This document shows positions 44,597 to 55,950 of a stretch of DNA of 64,000 nucleotides, piece after piece. Origin of the DNA: Candidatus Omnitrophota bacterium (lineage in GTDB: Bacteria; Omnitrophota; Gorgyraeia; Gorgyraeales; Gorgyraeaceae); NCBI GenBank assembly GCA_043822665.1, contig JBDRBM010000050.1, positions 22,038 to 86,037 on the forward strand, written 5' to 3'. The translations under genes and the position numbers were made by a program. The notes under the pieces are model-generated. The model saw only the letters and a list, made by a program, of their open reading frames with translations, was not told where the DNA came from and searched no databases. Numbering within the stretch: position 1 is the first letter of the stretch; each line of letters starts with the position of its first letter.

Positions 44597-45151
44597 TTAC
44601 TTAGGAAGTGTTATATCTTTTTGGGCCTGGTATCTGCCCTTACGGTCAGAATAAGAAACCTCGCACTCCTTATCTGACTCAAAGAATATCACCTGCGCAA
44701 TGCCTTCATTCGCGCAAATCCGCACCGGGGCCGGCGAGGTATTGCTTATCTCCATTGTAATGTAACCTTCCCAGCATGGCTCCAGAGGAGTGACATTTAC
44801 TATAACCCCTATCCTGGCATATGTGCTCTTGCCTGTACAGAGACACATAACATTTCTCGGGATTTTTAAGTATTCGAAAGAACGCGCGAGGATAAATGAA
44901 TTAGGCGGAATTACGCATACGCTGCCTTTAAAGTCACTGAATAAATCTGGATTTACTTTCTTGGGATCTATGGCAGTTGAAACCGCGGTACCTTTAAACA
45001 GCTTAAATTCGTCTGCTGCCCTAATATCATAACCGTAACTTGAAAGGCCGTATGAGATATTATTATTTCGTATCTGTCCTGATTCAAATGGCCTTATCAT
45101 TCCGTGTTCAAGCGCCATTCTCTTAATCCACGCGTCCGGCCTTATAGACAT
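44597..45151 (-). CDS. dcd: dCTP deaminase.
   Basis: 184 aa with the MSIRPD…WI…G…I…P N-terminus and a dUTPase-like fold sequence. Confidence 0.85.
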   Translation of the reverse strand: MSIRPDAWIKRMALEHGMIRPFESGQIRNNNISYGLSSYGYDIRAADEFKLFKGTAVSTAIDPKKVNPDLFSDFKGSVCVIPPNSFILARSFEYLKIPRNVMCLCTGKSTYARIGVIVNVTPLEPCWEGYITMEISNTSPAPVRICANEGIAQVIFFESDKECEVSYSDRKGRYQAQKDITLPK

Positions 45152-45155
45152 GACT

Positions 45156-48100
45156 TCAACATTTGGAATATCCGCAGGAACGACAGACTACGCAGCCTTC
45201 TTCGTGCCTTAACGCGGCTCCGCAATCAGGGCACACGCCTACCACATTCCCCAGCTTATCCTCTATCATTGTATGAGGAGATCTCTTTTCAGATTCCTCT
45301 TTTTTATCGTGCATCTTGCCGTTTCCAAGTCTCAGCTCAAGGACCCTTGAAATCGCATCCGCGCATGAAAAGATCCTGCCGCTCTTTTCCCATGAAGGTG
45401 ACGGACAGCGTATTCCGCGCAACTGGTCCACTATCTTCTTGTTCTCCACGCCTGAGCGTAATGCCAGCGAAACAAGCCTTCCTATCGCCTCAAGCTGACT
45501 TGCCGCGCAGCCTCCAGCTTTGCCCATCTGTATAAACACCTCGAAAGGCATACTATTATCGTCGACATTTATAGTAATATAAAGGTTGCCGCATCCTGTC
45601 ATGACCTTCGTAGTGGTGCCTGTAGTTACAACAGGCCTGGGTCTTGGCGCCACGAATTTCTTATCCCTGACCTCTAAGGGTTTTTCTGTTGTTTCTTTCT
45701 TGTTTGAACTTATATTCAACACCTGCTCCTCCCTGCTTTTATCCCTGTAGATTGTTACGCCCTTGCAGCCTAATTTATAGGCCAGCATATATACTTCCCT
45801 CACATCCTCCATAGCCGCCTCATGATGAAAATTTACTGTCTTCGAAACCGCGTTGTCAGTGTGCCTCTGAAAAGCAGCCTGCATCCTTATGTGCCACAGC
45901 GGGGCTATGTCATGTGAAGTAACAAATACCTTTTTATATTTTTCAGGCACCTCTTCTATGCCCTCTAACGAGCCTTTCTCAGCGATTTCTTCCATAAGCT
46001 TCCTTGAATAAAAACCTTCTCTTTTCGCAATTTCTTCAAACAGGGGATTTACCTCAACCAGCTTGTCATTATCCATAACATTCCTGTAGAAAGAAATGGC
46101 AAACAACGGTTCTATTCCGCTCGAAACATTCGAGATAATAGATATGGTCCCTGTTGGAGCAATGGTAGTCAATGTAGCATTCCTTCTCGGGCTTGAGTTA
46201 TCTTCCGCAAGCTTACTGTCATTATAGGAGGGGAACGCGCCTCTGGACGCCGCAAGCTCTTCGGACTTCTTCCTGGCCTCTTCGTTAATAAAACTCATCA
46301 CTCTCTCAGCCAGATCAACTGCCTGGTCGCTATTATAAGGTATCTCAAGATGTATCAATAGATCGGCCCACCCCATGATACCAAGGCCTATTTTTCTATT
46401 TGTCCTTGTCATTTTCCTTATCTCATCCAGAGGGAACTTATTCATATCTATTACGTTATCCAGAAAATGAACACCGAGATGCACAAGCCTTTTCAAATTG
46501 TCCCAGTCAATATCTTTTTTGCCATTGCCGGAGACTATCTTTGAAAGATTTATAGAGCCTAAATTACAGCTTTCAAAAGGCAAAAGAGGCTGCTCGCCGC
46601 AATCGAGTGAAACAAAACCGTTTGTAACAAAAGTGTAAGTCTTGGGTTCTGTAAGATCGTAAACGTCTTCTTTTCCTATCTTTTCTATGTTTTCTATCTT
46701 CTCTTCAAAACTGTCACTATAATATTTCTTAGCATAAAACTTGCTGACCTTTCCTTTATGCTTATCGCACAAAAAACCTATACTTGCAAAAAATTTAATA
46801 ACCGACTCTCGCGAAATCTCCAATTCATAACATATCCCATCTAATAGATATTTCTTTATCTCGCCATTTTTCGTAACATAGTCAAATCCGTATCTTTCCT
46901 TTCTGCTTCTATCGTATATTCGAGATTTAATTCCTAGATTTAAAAGCAACAATTGAACTCCTTTTAGTAATTTCAAAGATTTGGCTGTTAGTCTAACGTA
47001 AGAAGAATAATTTACTTTGAAATTAACCGTCCCATCAGCGCTAAATAACCCCTGCAGAAATCCTATCACCGCTTCTTTTGATGCCGTATAGATTGATTCA
47101 GGGACAGTCTTTTCGTCCGATCGCCCTGTCTTAACTCCTAACATTCTGAAGAATTCGACGAAATATCTGCTATGGTACGAAAGATGAGTAACGCCATTTT
47201 CTCTTTCTACTTCTTTTATGTCATATCCATACCAATTATTAAGAATGGGCTTTAGGTAATTCAATATTTCTTTATCGCTCCTGCTAAACGTTAAGCCCAG
47301 TCTGCAATTTTTATCTCCTTCTCTTAACCAGCCATCACCTACGATCCAGCCTAACACCTGTCCTAACTCCTTGCTCCACGAAGAAGGCATGTCAAACTTA
47401 TATCTCCTTCCGTTTTCTCCCATAAAATTATTTATCACGGGAAACGACAGGCTTTTATCTTCGTTGAACTTTCCCTCGCCTGATTGCATTAATATCCTAT
47501 GGTAATTTTTTTTCAGGGCCGTCAGCTTAACCCACCCTTCCTGAGTCATTATCTTGTGGTCAGCCGTCGCTTGTAATTCATAACCGGATTTAGTAACTAA
47601 CCTGAAAACGTCCTTATGCCCGGTAAAAAAAGCCTTACTTATAGAATTAAAGGTAATACCTGTTTTCGGATCTGCCTTTACCAACAAACCACCGCATTCT
47701 TTTTCAGAATATAAAATTTCCTGAACCCTGTCATCGGTACCAATACGAACCCCCCCCTGCGCAAAAGATTTGACAATATCCCTCATTCTCATAAGGCCGT
47801 GTTCGGTACAAACCAGAGTATCTCCGGTAACGCATGGATTAGTCGATTCGATATCGCCTAATTTCGGAGTAGGATTGTCCTTATTGATCCTGTCTATAAA
47901 GACAATGCCTGGTTCGCCGTTCTTCCATGCCTTTTCAACAATCAACTCGAATACATCTTTTGCCTTTAACTTCATGGTCTCCTTTTTCGTATGCGGGTCG
48001 ATCAGGGGATATTCTTTATCCTCTATGACCTTATCCATAAAATCTTCTGTAATGGCAACTGATATATTAAAATTTGTTATCTCCTTGTCGTTTTCTTTGC

Positions 48101-51100
48101 ATTGAATAAACTCGAGGATGTCAGGATGATCTACCCGTAAAATACCCATGTTGGCCCCACGACGTGTGCCCCCCTGCTTCACGGCCTGCGTGGCCGCGTT
48201 AAATACCTTCATAAAGGAAACCGGGCCGCTCGAAACTCCGCCTGTAGAACGGACAACACTGTTTTTCTGCCTCAATCTTGAAAAATTAAATCCTGTACCA
48301 CCGCCTGAATTGTGAGAAACAAAGCCGTTTGCCAGATAACAATGTTTAAACGGAATGGTTAAATCATAGGTCTCCATTATTCCGACGGGACTCACATTAG
48401 AAATCCTTGCAAAATAGCAATCTTCTTTCAAGAGAGTTTTAAAAAATTGCGGAACAACTGAATTGCTTTCGATTGTTGAAACAAGTCTTTGTCTTGTCAG
48501 TTCTCTGGGCTTAGCGATTCTGTTTATAATATCATCGAATAAGCGGCGAGCTTCATACCTCTCCGGAATGCTGTCAAGGTCGTCATACCATAACCTAATC
48601 CGGCCTTTCTGGTGCGGGATGACTTCGGCTCGCTTAAAGATTTCCGAAGAAATAATACCATCCAATCTTTCATTCTTTCTTTTAAGTAAAAATCCGACTT
48701 TTTCTCTGAAATTTAAAAATCCTTTTTTACTGCATATAGAAACTTGAAAACTATTAGTGGATCCAAAATATTTTCTACGCGTAGGTATTCCTATATAGAG
48801 CATAAGGGTTTGCAGTTCTTTGGAGAGCATCTCGGAACTTGTAGTTAAAGTTATATGGCCTGACTTACGGATACAACCATCAGTCGAAAACAAACCTCTC
48901 AGAAAAGCGCCTATAATATCTTCTGATGCTCCAAAAATAACTTCAGGAATTTTAACTTCCCGCGCCAAAGGTTTACTTATACCCAGAAATTCAAACCACT
49001 GCTTTATTATCGTGCTTAAAATCGCGACTTCATAATTTCCATTGGAAGTAAGGCTAAATGTTGCTTTTCGCTTGAATACTATTTTTGACAATCTATCGAT
49101 TATATCGACCATCTCTCTATCGTCTTTGCCAACCGAAAACCTGATACCGTCTCTGTGTTTAGAGCCGTCACCTATATAAATACCGATAAGCCCTGCCAGC
49201 TCTCTTGTCATCTTAGCGGGAAGTCTCACCTTTTGAGCCCTAAACTGACCTGAATTTAAAACGGGTCTGGGTTTGTATTTAAAAGACGGCAAGCTATTAT
49301 CTCCGCCTTCTAATTTACTATAAGGTTTCATCACCACCCAATCGCCCTTTTTAAGGCCTCCTATCTCCCGCCAAATATAATCGCCATTTTCAGCTACAAC
49401 TAAAAGCTTATGCTCAGCAGTTCCTCTGATCGTATATCCCCTGTCTGTAACGACTTCAAAAACAATCTGTTTTCCATTATTATAAACTTCCTTTGCCGGG
49501 AAATATCCTTCGTCTGTTTGTATCTGCATACCCCTTTTTATATCTTTTATTCTCTTTATGCCGCTTTTGGTTTTAACCATTGTGTCCGGAGTTAAACATT
49601 TATGTATCATAGCGGTGTTCTTTATCGCGTCAAATATAGACTCCATGGAATCATCTACAGGCAGGACAAAGCAATTATGAACACTGACCATATTTGCGCA
49701 GTATGAATGGTCTTCCTCAACCTCAAGATTATAGACTTCATCTTGATAAGGCTGTTTTATTATTTCGGTGATAGGCGTCAAAAGCGTATCTCCGCGAACT
49801 ACAGTCCGAATATAACTTTTGCCATTATGGGTGATATCGGTATCTAAAAGTTCGCTCATAAATTTGGTGCCGCTTTCTCCGCTAACTGTGCATCTGACTG
49901 GCAAAGTTCTACCAAGTTTAGGCATTGATTCAAAATTAAGTGCAGCAAAATGTCCGGCTCTCATAACCAACTGCCATGCTGCATAAACTAAATTCATATT
50001 ACACATAACAAGCCTTGTGGAGAAATTATTGCCATTTTTAAACGTACAGCTATCTCCACGAAACATTCCTGCCAGGAGACCTTTTTGTTTTTCTATAGGA
50101 AGGAACATAATCCACGAGGGTATCTTTTTTGATGCATAGCCTGTTCCAAATAAATTTTCAAAAAATCCAGCCACTATTTTTGAATGAAATCTTATCGATA
50201 ACCATCGCTGGTCAGGGGAGTTAGTTTCCTCAATACTGGAACTAAGTCTGAATTTTTCCTTCATTATCTTAAGAATATCTTCGCAATAATCTCTTTCTTT
50301 TTCAGAGAAAACAAAGCGTAAGGTAGTATTATCACTAACACATCCTTCGGATAGGTAGTATCCAAACAATCTCATTAGATCCGCATCGATCTCTATTCTG
50401 CTTCTAATAGGCGTAACCTGCTGGGAAATCTTTCCTGACCTATTCCTATTTTGAATATACACACTACCGTCTCTTCTAACTGTGCGTCTTATATCAGTAT
50501 TTTTTCCGTATAAAACACCGTTCCTACCAATAAATTTGTTATCATTAATAAAATCCAGTATTTTAATATCCCTAACGTCAACAACCTCTTTAGGAAAGCT
50601 TACTGCTATATAATCTCCCACAGACAAATCCTTTATTTGAATCCACATAGGATTATCGCTGCTTCCCTTTTTAACCGCGAGTATAGGATGTTCTCCTGTT
50701 ACCTTAAGGGTCTCGGTAGGAAGTTTATAGGCGTTAAGGATATAAATTTCATTTGATTTCCTGACAAATATTTTAGTTATCTCCCTGAACCTGTTTTTAT
50801 GGGTTAATACCAATTCTCCATTCTTTATTTCGGATATTCGCTTCGGTCCAGATTCAGTTATAACAATCTGGTCCGGCGTAAAGCAAGCTGACAACTGGCC
50901 CAGGTCCTTACCCGCGTTCATAAGAGTGGGGCTATTGGGCATGAATTCAAAATTTGACATAATACTGTAAAAATTTTCTTTTGTTATTTTGACTTCCCTG
51001 TCATTGGCTTCATAGATCCTGTCTGCCTCAGCTATGTGTAACGCGACCCTTCTGAACATTTCCTCAGGGGTCTCAATAATCTTCCCGTCTTTGTCTTTTT

Positions 51101-51212
51101 TGAGGTATCTTTTTTCAAGGACCTTAAGGCAGTTTTCGGAGATCTTCAATTTCTTTTCGTTGTTTTCTTTGACCTGCATCAAAATCCCCTTTCTGGTTGG
51201 TAGGAAATCCAT
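45156..51212 (-). CDS. nrdJ: Class II (adenosylcobalamin-dependent) ribonucleotide reductase NrdJ interrupted by three inteins.
   Basis: The extein (~773 aa) carries NrdJ N-terminal consensus, LSAC|[17 protein letters not shown], the ESTNP|CGEQPLLP active site and a C-terminal Cys4 Zn ribbon. Three in-frame Hint + LAGLIDADG insertions interrupt it. Confidence 0.85.
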   Translation of the reverse strand: MDFLPTRKGILMQVKENNEKKLKISENCLKVLEKRYLKKDKDGKIIETPEEMFRRVALHIAEADRIYEANDREVKITKENFYSIMSNFEFMPNSPTLMNAGKDLGQLSACFTPDQIVITESGPKRISEIKNGELVLTHKNRFREITKIFVRKSNEIYILNAYKLPTETLKVTGEHPILAVKKGSSDNPMWIQIKDLSVGDYIAVSFPKEVVDVRDIKILDFINDNKFIGRNGVLYGKNTDIRRTVRRDGSVYIQNRNRSGKISQQVTPIRSRIEIDADLMRLFGYYLSEGCVSDNTTLRFVFSEKERDYCEDILKIMKEKFRLSSSIEETNSPDQRWLSIRFHSKIVAGFFENLFGTGYASKKIPSWIMFLPIEKQKGLLAGMFRGDSCTFKNGNNFSTRLVMCNMNLVYAAWQLVMRAGHFAALNFESMPKLGRTLPVRCTVSGESGTKFMSELLDTDITHNGKSYIRTVVRGDTLLTPITEIIKQPYQDEVYNLEVEEDHSYCANMVSVHNCFVLPVDDSMESIFDAIKNTAMIHKCLTPDTMVKTKSGIKRIKDIKRGMQIQTDEGYFPAKEVYNNGKQIVFEVVTDRGYTIRGTAEHKLLVVAENGDYIWREIGGLKKGDWVVMKPYSKLEGGDNSLPSFKYKPRPVLNSGQFRAQKVRLPAKMTRELAGLIGIYIGDGSKHRDGIRFSVGKDDREMVDIIDRLSKIVFKRKATFSLTSNGNYEVAILSTIIKQWFEFLGISKPLAREVKIPEVIFGASEDIIGAFLRGLFSTDGCIRKSGHITLTTSSEMLSKELQTLMLYIGIPTRRKYFGSTNSFQVSICSKKGFLNFREKVGFLLKRKNERLDGIISSEIFKRAEVIPHQKGRIRLWYDDLDSIPERYEARRLFDDIINRIAKPRELTRQRLVSTIESNSVVPQFFKTLLKEDCYFARISNVSPVGIMETYDLTIPFKHCYLANGFVSHNSGGGTGFNFSRLRQKNSVVRSTGGVSSGPVSFMKVFNAATQAVKQGGTRRGANMGILRVDHPDILEFIQCKENDKEITNFNISVAITEDFMDKVIEDKEYPLIDPHTKKETMKLKAKDVFELIVEKAWKNGEPGIVFIDRINKDNPTPKLGDIESTNPCVTGDTLVCTEHGLMRMRDIVKSFAQGGVRIGTDDRVQEILYSEKECGGLLVKADPKTGITFNSISKAFFTGHKDVFRLVTKSGYELQATADHKIMTQEGWVKLTALKKNYHRILMQSGEGKFNEDKSLSFPVINNFMGENGRRYKFDMPSSWSKELGQVLGWIVGDGWLREGDKNCRLGLTFSRSDKEILNYLKPILNNWYGYDIKEVERENGVTHLSYHSRYFVEFFRMLGVKTGRSDEKTVPESIYTASKEAVIGFLQGLFSADGTVNFKVNYSSYVRLTAKSLKLLKGVQLLLLNLGIKSRIYDRSRKERYGFDYVTKNGEIKKYLLDGICYELEISRESVIKFFASIGFLCDKHKGKVSKFYAKKYYSDSFEEKIENIEKIGKEDVYDLTEPKTYTFVTNGFVSLDCGEQPLLPFESCNLGSINLSKIVSGNGKKDIDWDNLKRLVHLGVHFLDNVIDMNKFPLDEIRKMTRTNRKIGLGIMGWADLLIHLEIPYNSDQAVDLAERVMSFINEEARKKSEELAASRGAFPSYNDSKLAEDNSSPRRNATLTTIAPTGTISIISNVSSGIEPLFAISFYRNVMDNDKLVEVNPLFEEIAKREGFYSRKLMEEIAEKGSLEGIEEVPEKYKKVFVTSHDIAPLWHIRMQAAFQRHTDNAVSKTVNFHHEAAMEDVREVYMLAYKLGCKGVTIYRDKSREEQVLNISSNKKETTEKPLEVRDKKFVAPRPRPVVTTGTTTKVMTGCGNLYITINVDDNSMPFEVFIQMGKAGGCAASQLEAIGRLVSLALRSGVENKKIVDQLRGIRCPSPSWEKSGRIFSCADAISRVLELRLGNGKMHDKKEESEKRSPHTMIEDKLGNVVGVCPDCGAALRHEEGCVVCRSCGYSKC
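46602..47834 (-). mobile_element. Intein 3 (411 aa) inserted at the NPCGE active site, LAGLIDADG type.
   Basis: Starts CVTGDTLV… after STNP and ends …TNGFVSLD before the +1 Cys of CGEQ. The C-terminal residue is apparently Asp, not Asn. The motifs are LGWIVGDGW and [13 protein letters not shown]. Confidence 0.6.
48309..49598 (-). mobile_element. Intein 2 (430 aa) with LAGLIDADG homing-endonuclease domain.
   Basis: Starts CLTPDTMV… and ends …ANGFVSHN before +1 Ser of the [10 protein letters not shown] extein motif. The motifs are [13 protein letters not shown] and [13 protein letters not shown]. Confidence 0.7.
49674..50885 (-). mobile_element. Intein 1 (404 aa) with LAGLIDADG homing-endonuclease domain.
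   Basis: Starts CFTPDQIV… after LSA and ends …MVSVHN before +1 Cys. The LAGLIDADG-type motifs are LFGYYLSEG and LLAGMFRGD. Boundaries were verified codon-by-codon against the nucleotide text. Confidence 0.7.
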
Positions 51213-51332
51213 TTAAGAATAAAAATAAGTATATCACTTAAATTTTTCATGTCAAGCCAAAAAATACTATATATTGGTATTTTTTTTCGGTTTATAGCTA
51301 TATGTTGTGGTTCTACTAACTTGCGCCTGCAA

Positions 51333-52088
51333 CTAGATTATCTCGACGGTGTCACTGGGAAGCCATCCCCTGAGGTCTTTTGAAAGGTCTATTTCATACC
51401 ACCCCTGGCCCTCTTTTACCACCCTGATTTCCGCGCCTTCATGCAATGTAAACTGCAGAAGATAATCCTCTTTTGGTCCGCTGCGCACATCTATCTTCTC
51501 AGATGTGACAACAGCGTATCTTGTATAATTTTCAGTGTGAATCTTTAACACCAGGAAAATCAAAAAAGTAATCAACGCCGCGGCGGATGCCCCAGCAGCA
51601 TAAAACAATACCCTTCTCTTTGTAATAAAAAATATAGAAAATATTAAAAAAGCTATAATACTAAGATAGACTGAAGAAACAATGACCGTCAGCTGGTTTA
51701 TATTCATCCTGTCATAAGGCAGTAGAATTACTTTTATAAGAAATCCTTTTTCAGGTTGTTCTATCTTATCAACTGCTGAGGCGCGGGCTAGTTTTAAATT
51801 ATGTTGTATGTCCCTGCCACCCGGATCCAATCTCAACGCCCTTTTGTAATTCACTATGGCCTTCCCTGTCTTTTTTATCTTAAAATAAGAATTACCGAGA
51901 TTATAGTATACCTCAGGGCTAACCCTGTCCATTTTCAAAAGCATTTCGTAAAGCGATATAGCGTTTTTGTAATCTTCATTTTCATAATTTAGGCCCGCCT
52001 TCCTGTATAGCTCTTCGGCGGACTGGGCAAAAAGCGGTACAGTTGACGCGAAAAAAGTAAAAATAAAGAATATTAATATCTTTTTCAT
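51333..52088 (-). CDS. BatE-like TPR + C-terminal SH3b protein.
   Basis: Signal peptide and TPR repeats, then a TM segment and a C-terminal bacterial SH3-like domain (…GWYEIDLS…GWLPSDTVEII). Terminal gene of the Bat operon. Confidence 0.6.
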   Translation of the reverse strand: MKKILIFFIFTFFASTVPLFAQSAEELYRKAGLNYENEDYKNAISLYEMLLKMDRVSPEVYYNLGNSYFKIKKTGKAIVNYKRALRLDPGGRDIQHNLKLARASAVDKIEQPEKGFLIKVILLPYDRMNINQLTVIVSSVYLSIIAFLIFSIFFITKRRVLFYAAGASAAALITFLIFLVLKIHTENYTRYAVVTSEKIDVRSGPKEDYLLQFTLHEGAEIRVVKEGQGWYEIDLSKDLRGWLPSDTVEII

Positions 52089-53959
52089 GCCCGTTTCTCC
52101 AGCTCTGTAATTATCTCAGACGCCCCTTGAAGAGACCTCTGCATATCTTCCCTGTTAAATTTACCGGACGCGAACCTCGCCATGTCACAGACATCAAAAA
52201 GGCCGCTAAGTTTTTTTATATTCTCTCCGGAATAACCCTTTTCCGCCAGGCGTTGTTCAAGAATATCCTTTGTGATCGAGGGATGAGGTATATTCAATTT
52301 GTCAGCTACATATTCTATAACTGCCCTGTATATCTCGGCATAAAACGCATTGACGTCATTTTTCAGCATAATATTTTTTGCCGCCTTAAGCCTTTTCCCT
52401 GCTGTGCCTTTTGCGCGGCGTGAACGCGCATAACCCACATCTGTCCTCAATCGTTCTTTGTGAATCTCATATATATAAAAGAATACCAATAGCAATAGCG
52501 GGAAAACATTAAATCCTATAAATATTCTATTCTTATAAAGAAATGAATTTTTCGGACCAAAATGAGGCATGGAAGTCTTTATATACGCAATGTCTTTTTT
52601 AAGCAGCTTGACCTCTTCTTTTGTCAAACCTGGAAATAAAACAATGCTTTCAGGCGCGGGTTGTTCTTTTGATTTTGTCGAGGTTATGCTTATAGGCCCG
52701 GCCTTTTTCTCGACGTACCTTTTATCTACAGGGTCAAAATAGGAATATCTTATCGGACCTATGATAAAGGTACCTGGTTTCTTTGGTATGACAACCTTTT
52801 CAAAGATCTTATCCCCCTCTACGACATAATCTATCTTTGAGATATTCTCAGAGCTTCCTGAATCATATAACTTCATATCGTCTATCTCCGGCAATTGAGG
52901 GGATGATATGGTCTTTATGTTACCCCTGCCGTTTATCTTTATCTTAAGAGTTACCGGCTGATTTTCCTCCACGCTATTTTTATCCACATCTGCCATGATA
53001 TCATAACCACCGACATCGCCCTTGAAATCCTGCGGCTTACCCTGTTCCGGCAGGGGAAGGATCTCTAATTTTATAGGCTCTGTCGTAAGTATAATGGGTT
53101 TCCCCGCGCGAAACATGCTGAAGGGGTCCCTATCAAAGATGTCAAACGGGCTCCTTGAGAACATCTTTTGCAGGTCTTCAATGCTTGCCTCAAGCCTGGC
53201 AGGGCCTATAGTAAACTCTCCCGGGCCTGTTGCGAAAAGAGCTGTTTTAATCTCTGTCACAAGGTATCTTGTCCCGTTTATCTCCTTATAATATTTCTTC
53301 TGCGGAGGCATGTCTTCTAACCAGAAGCCAGTGGTTGAAGGCGGGTTGTATATGGGATTCTGGAATAGATCTACTGACTGGTAAAATGCGAATGTAAGGG
53401 TAATCTGTTCGTTTACATATGCCCTGAGCTTATCTACATAGGCCTCTATAAACAATTCTTTGCCGGTCTGTTGGTCGTGCTCCTGGCCTTGTCCGTAACC
53501 TCCCTGCGGCCGTGGAGGCTGTGGATAATTGTATGATGGGGTTTGCGCTGAATTACTTGTCCCTCTCGGAGTGACTTTTATGCTTATAGGCCCGGCAGAA
53601 TATGTCTGGCCTTTGTAATCAATAGTAAAAGGCCCTAATGTATAACCTCCTGTATCATTAGGCACAAGTATATAATTAAACGCGACTGAACTTGTGACCT
53701 GGCCGTTTATAATAGAGATATTCTGCGATCTGCCTGAAGAATAGGCGATAAATCCATTCATGACCGGAATCTTAGGCTGTGGGATGTTCGAGATATTACC
53801 GTTTACTGTTATGGTAAGCGTGAGTTGTTCGTCAAGCGCAATCTCCTGCCTATCCACATCAGCAGAAATAGATATATCATCCGCGTAAGAATACGCGGCA
53901 ATAGACAAAAACAATAGAAACGCTATAAAAAGATTAACTTTTAACTTTAAACTTTTCAC
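52085..53959 (-). CDS. BatD-like oxygen-tolerance-family protein.
   Basis: 624 aa. Signal peptide, large beta-rich periplasmic region, TM and cytoplasmic tail, with BatD-like N-terminus. Confidence 0.6.
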   Translation of the reverse strand: MKSLKLKVNLFIAFLLFLSIAAYSYADDISISADVDRQEIALDEQLTLTITVNGNISNIPQPKIPVMNGFIAYSSGRSQNISIINGQVTSSVAFNYILVPNDTGGYTLGPFTIDYKGQTYSAGPISIKVTPRGTSNSAQTPSYNYPQPPRPQGGYGQGQEHDQQTGKELFIEAYVDKLRAYVNEQITLTFAFYQSVDLFQNPIYNPPSTTGFWLEDMPPQKKYYKEINGTRYLVTEIKTALFATGPGEFTIGPARLEASIEDLQKMFSRSPFDIFDRDPFSMFRAGKPIILTTEPIKLEILPLPEQGKPQDFKGDVGGYDIMADVDKNSVEENQPVTLKIKINGRGNIKTISSPQLPEIDDMKLYDSGSSENISKIDYVVEGDKIFEKVVIPKKPGTFIIGPIRYSYFDPVDKRYVEKKAGPISITSTKSKEQPAPESIVLFPGLTKEEVKLLKKDIAYIKTSMPHFGPKNSFLYKNRIFIGFNVFPLLLLVFFYIYEIHKERLRTDVGYARSRRAKGTAGKRLKAAKNIMLKNDVNAFYAEIYRAVIEYVADKLNIPHPSITKDILEQRLAEKGYSGENIKKLSGLFDVCDMARFASGKFNREDMQRSLQGASEIITELEKRA

Positions 53960-53990
53960 TTTAAACTACCACCCCTTACGCTCGTGACAG

Positions 53991-54080
53991 GTAAGATGCT
54001 GCGACTACATTTTAGGCTGTAGCTGCAGCGCCTTGCGCTGCTTCTAAAAAGGCAATCCCTATACTCTAAATTTAACTTTT
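53991..54080. repeat. Composite dispersed repeat, copy 3 (5'-truncated A plus E) between batC and batD.
   Basis: GTAAGATGCTGCGACTACATTTTAGGCTGTAGCTGCAGCGCCTTGCGCTGCTT, followed by CTAAAAAGGCAATCCCTATACTCTAAATTTAAC. Confidence 0.7.
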
Positions 54081-54087
54081 AACCAAA

Positions 54088-54888
54088 TCACCAATCCTTC
54101 TCCACTCTGTACCTGCCTTCGGCTGGTTGATTCCTTAATTCTTTTTGCAGGTCCTTTTCGTCGTCCTTCAGGGCATCAAGAAGCCTGACAGCATCTTCCT
54201 TTGACATCTCGCCGTCTTTCGATTCCTGTTGTCTTTGTTCCTCTTCCTTGACAGGCTTTTTCTCTTTTTGCTCACCCTCTTCTGTTTTTTCTTCTTTGGC
54301 CTGCGATTCCTGCTGTTCCTTTCCCCCTTCTTCTTCCGCTCCCTGTGCCTGCTGTTGCTCTTGCGCCTGAGATCTCTCTTCTTTAGCCTCCTCTTTATCT
54401 TTCTGATTCTGCTCTTGCGGCTGGGACTGCTGAGATTCTTCCTTTTGCGGATTCTCTTTTATCTTTTTCCTTACAAATTCTATGTTATATTTTGCGTCTT
54501 CATCGTCAGGGTTTATATCCAGGGTTTTTTTATAATACTCGATTGCTTCAGGCAGTTTACCCATCCTGTAAAAAGAATTCCCTATATTATAATACGTTTT
54601 TGCGTGAATTTCAGCATCTTTTGAGCTTAAAGATTTCTCATATTCTCCAGACGCGTCTTCATATTTTTTCTGCCGATAGAGGGCGCTTCCTATATTATAA
54701 TGCAGCTCTTCTTTATCAGGAGAATCTATCTGCGCGTCGCGCCATTTTAAAAGCGCCTCATCTATCCTGCCCTCTTTATACAGTTTTACACCTTCTTTAT
54801 TTTTCTTTGCAAGAGGGCCCTGCCATATCCACCCGACGCTGGAAAGATAAAACAAGCCTGTTAGCGCTATTACAAAAAATCTCTTCAT
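54088..54888 (-). CDS. BatC-like TPR protein with Glu/Gln/Lys-rich C-terminal tail.
   Basis: TPR repeats (…YYNIGNSFYRMGKLPEAIEYYKKTLDINPDD…) followed by the low-complexity acidic tail. Confidence 0.6.
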   Translation of the reverse strand: MKRFFVIALTGLFYLSSVGWIWQGPLAKKNKEGVKLYKEGRIDEALLKWRDAQIDSPDKEELHYNIGSALYRQKKYEDASGEYEKSLSSKDAEIHAKTYYNIGNSFYRMGKLPEAIEYYKKTLDINPDDEDAKYNIEFVRKKIKENPQKEESQQSQPQEQNQKDKEEAKEERSQAQEQQQAQGAEEEGGKEQQESQAKEEKTEEGEQKEKKPVKEEEQRQQESKDGEMSKEDAVRLLDALKDDEKDLQKELRNQPAEGRYRVEKDW

Positions 54889-55886
54889 CTCTTTCTTCTG
54901 TCTCCTATGGCAGACTCAACACACAACAATATCAGCGCTATTGCCAAAAAATACTGAAACCTGTCCTCATATTGCGTAAAAAGCCTGTTGGAAAGTTCTT
55001 TCTTTTGCATCTTGCTGATCTCGTCGTATATCTTATCGAGTTCAAACTCGCTCGGCGAGGCATTATAGTATTTACCCTCTGTAACAAGCGCTATTTTCTG
55101 AAGCGTGGCATCGTCAAGTTTAGACAAGACCACATTACCATCCTTATCTTTTTTGTGGCCTGTAATTCTGCCGTTCTCATCTACTACGGGTATAGGCTCC
55201 CCGCTCTTTGTGCCAATCCCTATGGTATACACAATCACGCCTTGTTTTCTTGCTTCTTGAGCAGCCTCAACAGGATTTGTCTCATGGTCCTCCCCGTCAG
55301 TCATAACGATCAGGATCTTATATTTCTTTTCCTTTTTAATAAATGACCCTGTCGCGGTCCTTATGGCATCGCCAATGGCTGTGCCGGGCTTCGGCATCAT
55401 GCCCGCCTCTACGATGCTGAGAAACATCTTTGCCGCATTGTAGTCTAATGTGAGCGGGCACTGGACAAAACTATCACCTGAAAATGTAAGCATGCCGACT
55501 CTGTCCCCTTTTAATCTATCGATAAGCGACGATATCTCAAGCTTTGCCTTTTCTAAACGATTCGGCTTTATGTCCTCGGCAAGCATGCTTGCCGAGGTAT
55601 CTATCGCTATAATCACATCCACGCCTTGACGCCTGGTCATCGCAAGCCTTGTGCCTATCTGCGGCCTTGCAAGGCTTATTACTAGAAATCCTGCGGCACT
55701 AATCAATAAAACCCTTTTCCATCTCTCCTTTACAACGCTTTTTGATAGAGAAAGTTTCTCCAGAATGCCCCTCGCCCCGAATCTGTCCATGCTTTGCCTT
55801 TTCTTTGCCGATACAAAGACAAAGAACGCTATAAGGATAGGAAGCAAAATAAGAAGATTTAAATATACGGGCGAACCCCAATGCAT
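54885..55886 (-). CDS. BatB: von Willebrand factor A (VWA) domain membrane protein.
   Basis: N-terminal TM pair and VWA MIDAS motif (DTSASM…). Confidence 0.8.
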   Translation of the reverse strand: MHWGSPVYLNLLILLPILIAFFVFVSAKKRQSMDRFGARGILEKLSLSKSVVKERWKRVLLISAAGFLVISLARPQIGTRLAMTRRQGVDVIIAIDTSASMLAEDIKPNRLEKAKLEISSLIDRLKGDRVGMLTFSGDSFVQCPLTLDYNAAKMFLSIVEAGMMPKPGTAIGDAIRTATGSFIKKEKKYKILIVMTDGEDHETNPVEAAQEARKQGVIVYTIGIGTKSGEPIPVVDENGRITGHKKDKDGNVVLSKLDDATLQKIALVTEGKYYNASPSEFELDKIYDEISKMQKKELSNRLFTQYEDRFQYFLAIALILLCVESAIGDRRKR

Positions 55887-55950
55887 ATGGCTGTTTCCTA
55901 GTCGATTTGTTTGTGTAACGTGTAACGTGTAACGTGTGATTTTTCAAAAA

